A stretch of 64,000 bases of DNA from Candidatus Omnitrophota bacterium (GCA_030693145.1 JAUYBI010000049.1:7305-71304); one strand, 5' to 3'; positions 46,987-57,028 are shown, counted from the first letter of the stretch. Program-made: numbers and translations. Notes: generated from the sequence alone by a model not told the origin.

Positions 46987-48574
46987 CTTTGGTTACCAGC
47001 TCTTTGGCCAGCCGGTCCATGAGGGGCTCTTCTTTTTTAAGCAAATCGGTTACTTCATTAAGACAGGTCTTTAATATATCTTGAACATCAGCATCCAGCT
47101 TGGCTTTAACATCTTCGGATATTTTAGCCACAATCTCCCAGTTGCCCAAGAATCCACTTTTACCCATACCGCAAACCCAGACCATATTGTGGGCATGGTG
47201 CATGGCGCTGGAAAAGTCTCCGTATACTCCGCTGGTGGTCGCGTTATATTTAATTTTTTCAGCAGCGTATGAACCAAGGCTAATTTTTATTTTAGCCAAT
47301 AGGTCATTGGAATCTTCGATAAAGGTGTCTTCTCTTTCCGGAATCCAGGTTGCTCCGCCGGTTGGCCCGCGCGGAGTGATGGTTATTTTAAAGACATCTT
47401 TAGAAGGGGCAAGCAGATAGGTGGTAATGGCGTGCCCTGTTTCATGATAGGCAGTCTGCCATTTTTCTTTTTCGCTCAGTTTCACCCTGCGTTTTATACC
47501 CAAGGCGATTCTTTCCCGCGCTTCATCAATTTCTTTCATCGAAACCAATGCATTCTGATTGCGTACGGTAATTAAGGCGGCTTCGTGCACGATATTAGCG
47601 ATATCTGCCGGAGTTTGGCCTACAGTAATGCGCGCCAGCCGGTCAATCTTTACATCCTGGGCGTTGTATTTTATATTTTTTAGGTAATAAGCAAAAAGTT
47701 TAGTGCGGTCCTCAAGATTGGGTTTATCCACGATGATCTTACGGTCAAATCTCCCTGGCCTTAAGAGCGCCGGGTCCAGGTAGGTTTCGGGGGCGTTGGT
47801 AGCGCCGATTAAAATAATATTATAATCTTTATCTTTTAAGCCGTCCATTTCCACCAGCAGTTGATTTAAAGTAGTATTATGCTCGGTGGTCCCGCCAAAC
47901 CCGCGGTCCATCGAGCGCTGCGCGCCGATGGCATCGATTTCATCGATAAAAATAATGCAGCCACCTTCAAGCTCGGCTAGTTGTTGGGCTCTTTTAAAAA
48001 GAGAGCGCACTCTACCTGCGCCTACGCCGACAAACATTTCCACAAACTCCGAACCGGACATGGAAATAAAAGGAAGTTTGGTTTCCGTAGCGATCGCCTT
48101 GGCCAGGTAAGTTTTTCCGCAGCCAGGCGGCCCGAGCATAAGGATGCCTTTTAGGATTTTTCCCCCGATACGCTGGAGGCTCACGCGGTCAGTAATCAGC
48201 TTAACCACTTCCAGGGCTTCTTGTTTGGCCTCATCCATTCCGATAACATCCGCCCAGGTAATTCCGATATCGCCTCCGGAAATGGATTTTTTGCTAGTTT
48301 GGGAAAAGGATGAAGCTCCGCGCTTAAAATAGAGCCAGTACATTAAATAGGTGTAGACAAAACCGAAGATCAGCGCCATGATAATCTGCAGGTATAGCTG
48401 CAGAGGGATCATCGCCAGCTGCGATTGCCTAAGGTAGGATTCAGATTCATTCCAGGCGCGCAGGCCGATAATAATGAAAATCGCCAGGGAGATAGCCAAG
48501 CCGCCCAGAAAAGTAAAGAGCAGCGCTTTTAACCAGTGTAATTTTACGTAGAATCTAAATTTTTTCCAAGTCAT
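46925..48574 (-). CDS. ftsH: FtsH-like AAA+ zinc metalloprotease
   Basis: GPPGCGKT, FIDEID, ALLRPGRFDR, HETGH; two TMs with a very short loop. Confidence 0.9.
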   Translation of the reverse strand: MTWKKFRFYVKLHWLKALLFTFLGGLAISLAIFIIIGLRAWNESESYLRQSQLAMIPLQLYLQIIMALIFGFVYTYLMYWLYFKRGASSFSQTSKKSISGGDIGITWADVIGMDEAKQEALEVVKLITDRVSLQRIGGKILKGILMLGPPGCGKTYLAKAIATETKLPFISMSGSEFVEMFVGVGAGRVRSLFKRAQQLAELEGGCIIFIDEIDAIGAQRSMDRGFGGTTEHNTTLNQLLVEMDGLKDKDYNIILIGATNAPETYLDPALLRPGRFDRKIIVDKPNLEDRTKLFAYYLKNIKYNAQDVKIDRLARITVGQTPADIANIVHEAALITVRNQNALVSMKEIDEARERIALGIKRRVKLSEKEKWQTAYHETGHAITTYLLAPSKDVFKITITPRGPTGGATWIPEREDTFIEDSNDLLAKIKISLGSYAAEKIKYNATTSGVYGDFSSAMHHAHNMVWVCGMGKSGFLGNWEIVAKISEDVKAKLDADVQDILKTCLNEVTDLLKKEEPLMDRLAKELVTKDELNYDEIEAIFKEFGKSRP

Positions 48575-48722
48575 TAGTGCTCCCTGCCTGTATTTTTTAA
48601 TCTGAATACTATAGAAATTAACATATCTAGAACTTTAAGTCAATTCTTTTCTTCCTTGACTTAGGTTTCTTTTTGTGTATACTTATTAAGTTCCCTAAAA
48701 AATATTAAAAAAGGAGTTTAAG

Positions 48723-49988
48723 GTGGCTAAAATCAAGCGAGTTTTCGCACGAGAAATCCTAGATTCACGGGGCAACCCCACAATTGAAGTGGATTGTCTT
48801 TTGAGTAATGGTATTTTAGGCCGGGCTGCGGTTCCTTCGGGCGCTTCTACCGGAGATAAAGAGGCTTTAGAGTTAAGGGATAATGATCCTGCCAGGTATT
48901 TAGGTAAAGGGGTATTAAAGGCAGTCGCTAATGTTAACGGCCTGATTAATTCCGCAGTTAAAGGGCGCGCCGCAGATTTTTTTAAGATCGATAAACTTTT
49001 AATTAAACTCGACGGCACGGAGTTTAAGTCCAAGTTGGGGGCAAACGCTATTTTGGGGGTTTCCCTGGCCGTGGCTAAAGCTGAAGCGCTTTCTAAGAAG
49101 CAGCCGCTTTATAAATTTCTGGGAAAAGATAAAGCAAAAATTTTGCCTATTCCGCTAATGAATATTTTAAACGGCGGGATGCACGCGGATAACAATTTAG
49201 ATATTCAGGAGTTTATGATTGCCCCGCAAGGCGCCCCGGACTTTTCCAATGCCCTGCGTATGGCCACCGAGGTTTTTCATAAGTTAAAATCCATCCTTAA
49301 ATCTAAAAAACTTTCTACTTCCGTCGGCGACGAAGGCGGTTTTGCTCCCAACCTTAATTCTAATGAAGAGGCCTTAAGTTTAATTATCGAGGCGATAAAA
49401 GCAGCCGGATACCTTCCGGGTAAAGATATTTCTTTGGCCCTAGATTGCGCGGCCAGCTCTTTTTGTAAAGATGGTAAATATACCTTTGAAGGATCGCCTA
49501 AGAGCTCTGAGGATTTAATCGCTATTTATGAGGGGTGGCTTGAGCGTTATCCGATTTTATCCATTGAAGATGGCCTTTCGGAGCATGATTGGGCGGGTTG
49601 GCGCCAGATGACCGAAAGAATCGGCGGTAAAGTGCAGTTAGTGGGGGATGATATTTTTGTCACTAACCCCAAGATATTCAAAAAAGGGATTGCGGAAAAA
49701 ATAGGCAATGCTATACTAATTAAGGTTAATCAGATCGGCTCATTATCGGAAACGCTGGAAGCGATTGCGATTGCCAAGAAGAATAAATACCGGGCCATAA
49801 TTTCGCATCGTTCCGGGGAAACTGAAGATACGACGATCGCGCACTTAGCGGTGGCCACCGGCGTAGGGCAGATTAAGACTGGGTCTTTGTCGCGCACCGA
49901 TAGGGTTTGTAAATATAACGAGCTGTTGAGGATTCAAGAGGAATTAGGTAAAAAAGCAGTTTATGCGGGGAAGATTTGGAAGAAGTAA
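48723..49988 (+). CDS. eno: Enolase
   Basis: [24 protein letters not shown]. Confidence 0.98.
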   Translation: MAKIKRVFAREILDSRGNPTIEVDCLLSNGILGRAAVPSGASTGDKEALELRDNDPARYLGKGVLKAVANVNGLINSAVKGRAADFFKIDKLLIKLDGTEFKSKLGANAILGVSLAVAKAEALSKKQPLYKFLGKDKAKILPIPLMNILNGGMHADNNLDIQEFMIAPQGAPDFSNALRMATEVFHKLKSILKSKKLSTSVGDEGGFAPNLNSNEEALSLIIEAIKAAGYLPGKDISLALDCAASSFCKDGKYTFEGSPKSSEDLIAIYEGWLERYPILSIEDGLSEHDWAGWRQMTERIGGKVQLVGDDIFVTNPKIFKKGIAEKIGNAILIKVNQIGSLSETLEAIAIAKKNKYRAIISHRSGETEDTTIAHLAVATGVGQIKTGSLSRTDRVCKYNELLRIQEELGKKAVYAGKIWKK

Positions 49989-50285
49989 ATGCTTTCCACG
50001 TTAAGAAAGTCGCTTTGGCTTTTTAGTTTTGCAGTTTTGCTTTTGATTTTATTCCTGCCGGGTTATACTAAGCTGCAGGAATCAAGAGCCAAGAATCGCC
50101 GGTTGGAAGAGAAGTTTCATAATATGGCTATTGAAAATTCTCTTCTTCAGGAGGAGCTCAAGCGGGTTCAGAATGACCCGTTTTATCAAGAAAAAATTGT
50201 CCGGGATAAGATGGGGGTGGTAAGGAAAGGCGAAATTCCCATTAAGATTTTCTCGGGTAAGAAGCAAGAGAACCGGCTTTGGTAA
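49989..50285 (+). CDS. ftsB: Septum formation initiator FtsB/DivIC
   Basis: TM + coiled coil + EK..R..MG....GE; follows eno. Confidence 0.8.
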   Translation: MLSTLRKSLWLFSFAVLLLILFLPGYTKLQESRAKNRRLEEKFHNMAIENSLLQEELKRVQNDPFYQEKIVRDKMGVVRKGEIPIKIFSGKKQENRLW

Positions 50286-50380
50286 ATAAATTAATAAATT
50301 TTTTATACAAATAAGTGATATAATATATCTGTTCTTTAAAAAGTTTCGCGGGGTGGAGCAGCCTGGTAGCTCGCAAGGCT

Positions 50381-51016
50381 CAAATGGATACAAAACTCAA
50401 AGCAGATATTGCAGAATCAGCTGTAACAACTGAGCTTCTTAAAAGAAGCTTTAGGGTGTTACAACCTATAGGAGATCGGCTAGCCTACGATTTAGGAGTA
50501 GATCTTCAAGGTAGGTTGTTGCGCATACAGGTGAAGAGTGCTTGGTTTAACGCCAAAGATAATTGCTATGTTGTTGATGGGCGTAGAACTAAGACAAATC
50601 GCCGGCGTATGTTAAGAAAGCACTACAGCGCTGAAGATTTTGATTTTGCAATTATTTACCTTGCTGATTTGCAAGTGTTTTATGTTATGCCTGTAGCAGT
50701 TTTTTCTAGCTATGGAAGCACAGTAACATTGATAGAAAAAATTAAAAGGCAGCGTAAACCTAAATCAGCAGAGTATAGGGAGCGTTGGGATTTGTTATCC
50801 GATGGGCTCTTCAGCCGGTAACGGTTGAAGGATAACCTGTCAAATTCGGTGAAGCCTTAATTTGCAAAGGTAATACCGAGCCAAGTTCGCCAATATTTGT
50901 GGCGAAAAGGTGTAGAGACTAAACGGCAGGGACCCGCCATAGGATTTTGGCGGGCCAAGATATAGTCCAGACTACGAATTCACTATTTGTGAAGCAGCGC
51001 AAGCTGAAGTAGTAAG
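50381..51016 (+). ncRNA. Group I self-splicing intron (636 nt)
   Basis: Follows U33, ends in omega-G; core elements AAATTCGGTGAA (P), AATACCGAGC (Q), GTAGAGACTA (R), GATATAGTCC (S). Confidence 0.92.
50384..50821 (+). CDS. Intron-encoded PD-(D/E)XK homing endonuclease (I-Ssp6803I-like)
   Basis: TKLK.DIA, P.GDRL.YDL, QVKS.WFN, RRT.TNRR, DFDFA, KRQRKP.S..YRE.W. Confidence 0.9.
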   Translation: MDTKLKADIAESAVTTELLKRSFRVLQPIGDRLAYDLGVDLQGRLLRIQVKSAWFNAKDNCYVVDGRRTKTNRRRMLRKHYSAEDFDFAIIYLADLQVFYVMPVAVFSSYGSTVTLIEKIKRQRKPKSAEYRERWDLLSDGLFSR

Positions 51017-51090
51017 CATAACCTTGAGGTCGTCCGTTCAAATCGGGCCCCCGCAACCATGTAAATCTCTCGAACTTTAGATTGAGAGAT

Positions 51091-51131
51091 AAAAATAGCC
51101 CTGATTAGCTTTGCTAGCCAGGGCTATTTTT
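51091..51131 (+). terminator. Terminator-like hairpin after tRNA-fMet
   Basis: AAAAATAGCCCTG...CAGGGCTATTTTT. Confidence 0.7.
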
Positions 51132-51629
51132 ATGTCTTGATGTGTCAAATGGTTAGGACATTATTTATTCTGTCGTTTTGCCATTAGCGAATACCCCCGT
51201 AGGTTCGAAGAAGTCAGCCAAATAAATCTCGTCGAACCATCTCTTTATCTCAGAATTGGCGATTAGTTTCTCGCAGTTAGTGTCGCGCTTATTAGGCTAT
51301 ATATTGAATATTTTGATAAAATAATAGGCGAGAAACTGTAAAATACGTCTTTTTATCTCTGTCGTGCCATATTTCTGAGTGGTCAGGAAGGATATATTAT
51401 TTTTATGGATGGTAGAGTCCAAAAAATCAAGCCATTTTTTGTTGTTAATAGCTTATAATGTGGTACTATAAAGTAAAATTAGATTTAGCATTTTTTAAGA
51501 ATTGGTATAACTTATAGCGTAGGTCCTGAATATTGAATCTAATTTATTGAAAAGCCTAAGAGAATAATTTCAAGTTTCAAGGGTTAACCCTGATGTTTTT
51601 TCTTATACTTATTTCCTCGAGGATCTAAA

Positions 51630-52283
51630 ATGATGTTGTGGCCAAAGTTTTTTGTTATAGTTTGCGCGTCTTATGTCCTTGGGTCTATTCCCTATGGGTT
51701 CATCATCGCAAAATTATTTAAGAAAATTGATATCCGAACTGTCGGATCAGGAAATGTCGGAGCAAAGAACTTGGCACGAGTTTTGGGTAGGCGATGGGGC
51801 ATTATTACTTTTCTGATGGATGCGTTGAAAGGTTCCGTTGCAGTTATTACTGCACATCTCATAATGCGTGAATATAAATATTTTCAACCATCAATTTATG
51901 AAATGGGACTGATTGTTGCCGGCCTTTTTTCGGTTATCGGGCACAATTGGACGATTTTGTTGGGTTTTAAGGGTGGTAAAGGTCTCTCAACTAGCATAGG
52001 AGTTCTTTTAGCTTTAAGTCTATTTTTGCCATATTTGAGAGTTATTTCTTTTGCCGGAATAGGTACTTTTGTCATCGCGTTCCTCGTACTTAAAAATCAC
52101 TTTATATCCGCAAGTCTGGCAATAGTGATCTATTTTTTATTATGTTTTATTTATCCTTTGATTAATATTCAATATAAAATATTTATATTTCTTTTGAGTT
52201 TTATTCTGCTAGTGAGACACACTGATAATTTTAAGGACATAAGTAAAAAATATAGAGCGCAAGCTTTAAAAAATGCTGAATAA
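51630..52283 (+). CDS. plsY: PlsY-family acyltransferase
   Basis: GSIP.G, GSGNVGA.N..R, D.LKG, GHNW...FKGGKG, RH..N. Confidence 0.88.
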   Translation: MMLWPKFFVIVCASYVLGSIPYGFIIAKLFKKIDIRTVGSGNVGAKNLARVLGRRWGIITFLMDALKGSVAVITAHLIMREYKYFQPSIYEMGLIVAGLFSVIGHNWTILLGFKGGKGLSTSIGVLLALSLFLPYLRVISFAGIGTFVIAFLVLKNHFISASLAIVIYFLLCFIYPLINIQYKIFIFLLSFILLVRHTDNFKDISKKYRAQALKNAE

Positions 52284-52827
52284 ACTTGTATTTAAAATCG
52301 CGGATTGTAAAGAGGAGTTCGAGCAGATTTATCGATTGAATTATGATACTTTTGTCAAAGAAATTCCTCAGCACGCCGGCAATCCCAGTAATCAATTAAT
52401 TGACAAGTTTCATAGTAAGAATACTTATTGCATCGCTAAAGATCAAAAAGAAGTGGTGGGCATGATTAGCGCTTGCGACGATCGGCCGTTTTCAGTGGAA
52501 CAAAAAATAGATAACTTCGATGATTTTTTTCCTAAAAACAGAAAAATACTTGAATTACGCCTCTTAAGTATAAAGAAAAAATATCGTAAAGGACTTGTAT
52601 TCAAAGCGTTGATTAAAACTCTCTATGAGCGCGTTATAAAAGGGCGTTACGAATTTATTGTTATTTCCGGCACATTGAGAGAAGTGAAGCTTTATCAACA
52701 CATCGGTTTTGTCCCTTTCGGAGGACTCGTTGGGTCAAAAGAGGCTCCCTATCAACCCATGTTTATTGAAGAAAAAATGATCAATGTCTTTACTGGTAAA
52801 TTTTTCGATGAAATCAATTCAAACTAA
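52273..52827 (+). CDS. GNAT-fold N-acyltransferase (N-acyl amino acid synthase-like)
   Basis: LNY.TFV.EIPQH, RPFS, ELRLLSI...YR, LY..IGF.PFG. Confidence 0.75.
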   Translation: MLNKLVFKIADCKEEFEQIYRLNYDTFVKEIPQHAGNPSNQLIDKFHSKNTYCIAKDQKEVVGMISACDDRPFSVEQKIDNFDDFFPKNRKILELRLLSIKKKYRKGLVFKALIKTLYERVIKGRYEFIVISGTLREVKLYQHIGFVPFGGLVGSKEAPYQPMFIEEKMINVFTGKFFDEINSN

Positions 52828-53872
52828 AAAAACAAGAAAAATCAATCTTCTCCCAGGTCCTATTTATATTCATGACCGGGTAAAAAGTGATTTTGGTAGA
52901 GTTCCGATCTCTCATAGAGATGATTCTTTTTCTGGTAGCTTAAAAAAGGTCAAAGGATTGCTCCACTCTTTAACTCGTTGTAAAAAAGTGGAAGTTTGTC
53001 TTGGCACCGGTACGCTGGCGAACGATATCATAGCATCTCAGTTATCATTATTGAATAAAAGAGGGCTGATTCTCTCGAATGGAGAATTTGGAGAAAGGTT
53101 GATTCGTCACGCTCAGGGATTTGGGTTAAAATATCAGAATATCAAAATGCGGTGGGGCACCGCTTTTGATTATCAAAGAATCAATTTGACAATAAATAGA
53201 AATAACATCCAATGGATATGGTTTGTTCATCACGAAACATCTACGGGTATGCTGAATGATTTTAACCGGCTCCTGGGCTTATCGAGAAAATTTAAACTTC
53301 TTTTTTGCGTGGACTGCATTAGTTCCATCGGAGCTTATCCCATTAAACTTGCCGAAGTAGACTTTGCTTCCGGAACAAGCGGGAAAGCCATAGGTGCCTA
53401 TCCCGGACTGTCGTTTGTTTTTTATAAAAAGGCATACCTTTCAAAGGCAAGGAATGTTCCGGCGTATCTTGATCTACGGATGTATAGAAAAAAATTCGGA
53501 ATACCATTTACCTCGTCATCAAACTTACTTTCGGCTTTAAAAAATGCTCTTCAACTGCTATTGAGAGACAGAAAAAAATTCCGGAGAATTCAAAAACAAA
53601 ACCAATGGATAAGAAAACAAGTTATTAAGACAAATGTACAGATCCTTGTAGAAAATGAGCGGGAATCGCCGTTGATGACCACGTTTCGTATTCCATCAAA
53701 GGTAGGTTCACATATCATAGGAAAAAATCTAAGGGACCGAGGTTTTCTTGTACATTATCAAGGAGAATATTTGCGTAACAGAAATTGGGTGCAAATAGTC
53801 AGTTTCAGCTTGTATTCCCGGCAGCATCTAAAGCCGATGTTTGACTATCTCAAGAAACGGTTAAAGATCTAA
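52808..53872 (+). CDS. Class V PLP-dependent aminotransferase
   Basis: LPGP, GTGT, NGEFG.R, HHETSTG, DCISS, SGK (PLP Lys). Confidence 0.88.
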   Translation: MKSIQTKKTRKINLLPGPIYIHDRVKSDFGRVPISHRDDSFSGSLKKVKGLLHSLTRCKKVEVCLGTGTLANDIIASQLSLLNKRGLILSNGEFGERLIRHAQGFGLKYQNIKMRWGTAFDYQRINLTINRNNIQWIWFVHHETSTGMLNDFNRLLGLSRKFKLLFCVDCISSIGAYPIKLAEVDFASGTSGKAIGAYPGLSFVFYKKAYLSKARNVPAYLDLRMYRKKFGIPFTSSSNLLSALKNALQLLLRDRKKFRRIQKQNQWIRKQVIKTNVQILVENERESPLMTTFRIPSKVGSHIIGKNLRDRGFLVHYQGEYLRNRNWVQIVSFSLYSRQHLKPMFDYLKKRLKI

Positions 53873-53876
53873 TCGC

Positions 53877-54440
53877 ATGTCCGACTTGAAGAGAAAGAAA
53901 ATTACGATCTGCCGGCACTTTCGTACTCAAAATACCTCTGATTGGGAATGGATGTCCGCCCAAAAATTCAATGAATGGGTTAGATTCTACGAAAGTTCTC
54001 TCCCTTTAAAAGGGCATAAAGGAGAATCAGACAGTAAAGACTGGGAAATCTGCGTTTCAAGTAGTTTGCCTAGGGCTATCGCAACAGCGCAGATTTACGC
54101 AAAAAACATTCCAATCGAATATAATTCGGATCTCAATGAAGTGCCGTTTGTGCATTTCAATAATAGTTTTTTTTTGCCCAAGGCTGGTTGGCTTTTTATA
54201 AGCCGTCTTTGCTGGTTTTTCGGAAACGGCGAATATGAAAATAGAAAAAAGACAGTTTCTCGTGTAAATAAAGTGATAATGATGCTGAGAGAGAAGAATG
54301 AAAGAAGTATTTTAATAGTCAGCCATGGGTTCTTTATGAATTGTCTTGCTAGAGAGCTTAAATTATTACGTTTTAAAGGACATCTTTCTATCTATCCGAA
54401 ACATGGAAAGTTTTATATTTTTGAGTCGTATTCGATATAA
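53877..54440 (+). CDS. Histidine phosphatase superfamily protein
   Basis: RH, SS.LPRA..TA, LNE, VSHG. Confidence 0.85.
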   Translation: MSDLKRKKITICRHFRTQNTSDWEWMSAQKFNEWVRFYESSLPLKGHKGESDSKDWEICVSSSLPRAIATAQIYAKNIPIEYNSDLNEVPFVHFNNSFFLPKAGWLFISRLCWFFGNGEYENRKKTVSRVNKVIMMLREKNERSILIVSHGFFMNCLARELKLLRFKGHLSIYPKHGKFYIFESYSI

Positions 54441-54524
54441 AATTTCACTTATGTTAATAGCTTAAATTAGTGGTATAATAAGTTTAAAGTAAGTGGATTA
54501 TTTTTTTAAGAGTAGGAGGATCCA

Positions 54525-56189
54525 ATGATGTATTTAGGTATAATAAGCAGCTTGTTATGGTGGGCAGTTATTATTTTCGTTATTGTGAAATTAGCTTCCG
54601 GTAGTCGTAAAAAACATTATTCCTGGTTGCAACGGGAGTTGCCGTTATGGGAAGAAAAAAATATTGTTAACAAAGAGCAAGGCGATGCCGTTTTAAGCCT
54701 TTATAAGCTAAAGAGAGTTACCGCCAGAAAGAAGATGGATATGGTCAAAGTCCTTACTCTTATCGGCGTTATATTTGTGGGCTTAGGCGTTATCTTTTTT
54801 GTGGGTTCTAACTGGCAGAGAATTCCTTCTCACATCAGGACTATTATGCTTTTAGCCATAACTATTACTACATTGTATGAAGGGTACTTCTTTAGTTACG
54901 AAAAAGAGGGCTTTGTTAATTTAGGTAAAAGTTTATTACTTTTAGCCTCACTTTTTTGGGGAGGGACTATAGCGCTAATTGGACAGATTTATAATATTCC
55001 TACCTCTGAAAACTGGTATATCATGCTGCTGTGGGCTTTTCCTATTGTGCCAATTGCCATTCTTTTTAAGAATGATTATGTGCATATTCTTGCGTCTGTT
55101 TTGTTCGTTATCTGGAACTTTCTTTATGGTAGCGATAACAATATAGCTAATTATTATTACCCCAGTATTGTTTTTCTCCTAATGTTACCAACGGCTAAGA
55201 ATTTAATTTTAAGCCGCAGGATTAATATTATCGGCCTACTGTCAGCAAGCCTCTACTGTTGTTTTAATAAATATGAGTGGTTGGCGCTTTTGATAAGCGC
55301 GGGTTTATTGGTCGGCTATCTCGCCCAGAAAGAAGAGCGTGCTTATCTTTATGCCGCTTGTCTTTCGTTTATTTTCTGGGATATTACTTATTTTACCGTA
55401 AGACAACTTCAGCCTAATTTATATTTTCTTCTGCCTTTGGGATTTATGCTTTATTTGACGTACAGAGATAATATAGAGAAAAATTTAGTTTTTTGCCTGG
55501 CAGGTTTAATGATCGGGATAAATTTAGCGCTATCTTCGGTTTCTCAGATAGTCAATTATCCGTTCAACGGGCTACAATTTACAATCTTTCAATTATTGTT
55601 GGGGTTATCTATTTATTCTGTAGGGATTGCTTCCCGGAATAGAGAATATTTATTTCCTGTAATTTATAAAATAATTGGCTACTTGGTTACATTTATTTGT
55701 GTATATCTTTTAGCGTTTAAGGCGCTCTTAGGCGAATGGGGAGGAGCAGCAAACAATGTATATCTATTCGGATCTCTGATTTTAGCGGGGATTATAGCTC
55801 TGCTTGTGGTAGATGAAAGAAGGTCCGGTAATTTCAATAATAAATCTAGCCTTATAGAATTAGCAGCCCTGGTAGTAGCTTTGGTGGGAAGCATTATTTT
55901 ATTGGTTAGTCCACGTACAGTATTGTTGAATACTATAACGATGAATAGTGTTTTGGTAGTTTTTGCACTCAGTAGCATTTTCTTAGGCGTGGAACTGAAA
56001 AAGCCTCCCATTTTTACTTTGGGTATTGTACTTTTTGCCTTATTTATTATTACGCGTTATATTGATGTCACTTGGGCATTAAAAGAAAAATCCCTATTCT
56101 TTATAGTTGGGGGATTGGTTATTTTATTTCTCGGGACGTTTCTAGAGAAACAAAGAAGAAAGATTATAGAAAGGATGAAGCCAGAATGA
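54525..56189 (+). CDS. DUF2157 membrane protein
   Basis: LG.IFFV.SNW..IP, ALIGQIYN; many TMs. Confidence 0.85.
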   Translation: MMYLGIISSLLWWAVIIFVIVKLASGSRKKHYSWLQRELPLWEEKNIVNKEQGDAVLSLYKLKRVTARKKMDMVKVLTLIGVIFVGLGVIFFVGSNWQRIPSHIRTIMLLAITITTLYEGYFFSYEKEGFVNLGKSLLLLASLFWGGTIALIGQIYNIPTSENWYIMLLWAFPIVPIAILFKNDYVHILASVLFVIWNFLYGSDNNIANYYYPSIVFLLMLPTAKNLILSRRINIIGLLSASLYCCFNKYEWLALLISAGLLVGYLAQKEERAYLYAACLSFIFWDITYFTVRQLQPNLYFLLPLGFMLYLTYRDNIEKNLVFCLAGLMIGINLALSSVSQIVNYPFNGLQFTIFQLLLGLSIYSVGIASRNREYLFPVIYKIIGYLVTFICVYLLAFKALLGEWGGAANNVYLFGSLILAGIIALLVVDERRSGNFNNKSSLIELAALVVALVGSIILLVSPRTVLLNTITMNSVLVVFALSSIFLGVELKKPPIFTLGIVLFALFIITRYIDVTWALKEKSLFFIVGGLVILFLGTFLEKQRRKIIERMKPE

Positions 56190-56701
56190 ATAAAAAACTT
56201 ATTTTTATTGCAGTGAGTTTTTTATGGATCGCGGTAGCAGTTGGGTTAATCATTTCCAAACAGCACATTATACGGACAGGGAAAACCATACTTTTAGAAA
56301 CTGTTCCTGTGGATCCCCGAGATTTTTTAAGGGGCGATTATGTTATTTTGCGTTATAAAATAAGTACAATTGATTTGCAGCAGATACAAAGTGAAAAATC
56401 TTATTATGGACAAGGCGAGAAGGTTTATGTAAAACTTGAGCCAAAGGAAAGATTTTGGGAAGCCATAGCCGTTAAAACAAAAAAACCTGTTTCCGATAAT
56501 GGGGTATATATAAAAGCAAAAGCTAAATATTGTTACAATAAGAAATTAGAACTTAATTATGGCATTGAGAGTTATTTTGTTCCGGAGGGTGAGGGTAAAG
56601 ATATTGAGAAAAATATGCGGGGGAATAAGAGTTCGGTAGAGGTTGAGATTTTGGTAGATACATCAGGAAATGCTCTAATAAAAAAAGTATTTGCACAATA
56701 A
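56186..56701 (+). CDS. GDYXXLXY domain protein
   Basis: PVDPRDFLRGDYVILRY, YGIESYFVPEG. Confidence 0.92.
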   Translation: MNKKLIFIAVSFLWIAVAVGLIISKQHIIRTGKTILLETVPVDPRDFLRGDYVILRYKISTIDLQQIQSEKSYYGQGEKVYVKLEPKERFWEAIAVKTKKPVSDNGVYIKAKAKYCYNKKLELNYGIESYFVPEGEGKDIEKNMRGNKSSVEVEILVDTSGNALIKKVFAQ

Positions 56702-56726
56702 ATTTAATCTGTTTATAAAGGTAGAA

Positions 56727-56766
56727 GATGTGGAATGTCCGCCTCTCAAGGGCGGACATTCCACAT
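56727..56766. repeat. Long hairpin
   Basis: ATGTGGAATGTCCGCC-TCTCAAG-GGCGGACATTCCACAT. Confidence 0.75.
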
Positions 56767-57028
56767 TCAGTTATCTCTCAATCAGTTACGTCATTTCCAG
56801 CCAAAAAATACCGGACAAAACGGACATATTTTCACCTAACTTTATCTCTGATTAGGGCAAATTTCTCGGTATTTGCCCGATTACCTATATAATCAGCTTG
56901 TGAGTATTAAGAGATATAGTTATAAAGTATACAAACATGGGCAACCAATTAACCCGCTAGGGAAACTTAGCGGGTTTTTTGTTGTTTTTATGCCTGATTA
57001 GAGGTATAATAATAATCAGGAGGGCAAA

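Larger units (their letters stand above)
50347..51059 (+). tRNA. Initiator tRNA-fMet(CAT) split by an intron (exons 50347-50380 and 51017-51059)
   Basis: Joined exons give CGCGGGGTGGAGCAGCCTGGTAGCTCGCAAGGCT|CATAACCTTGAGGTCGTCCGTTCAAATCGGGCCCCCGCAACCA; C1:A72 mismatch. Confidence 0.95.

Noticed and set aside
50082-50393. 103-aa minus-strand ORF
   Set aside because: Antisense to ftsB and the tRNA 5' exon
51165-51370. Minus-strand fragment (...KRWFDEIYLADFFEPTGVFANGKTTE) as a recombinase pseudogene
   Set aside because: Interrupted by stops and not assignable without a search
54525-56701. DUF2157 + GDYXXLXY pair as a novel system
   Set aside because: Widespread, already recognised gene pair; nothing distinctive here
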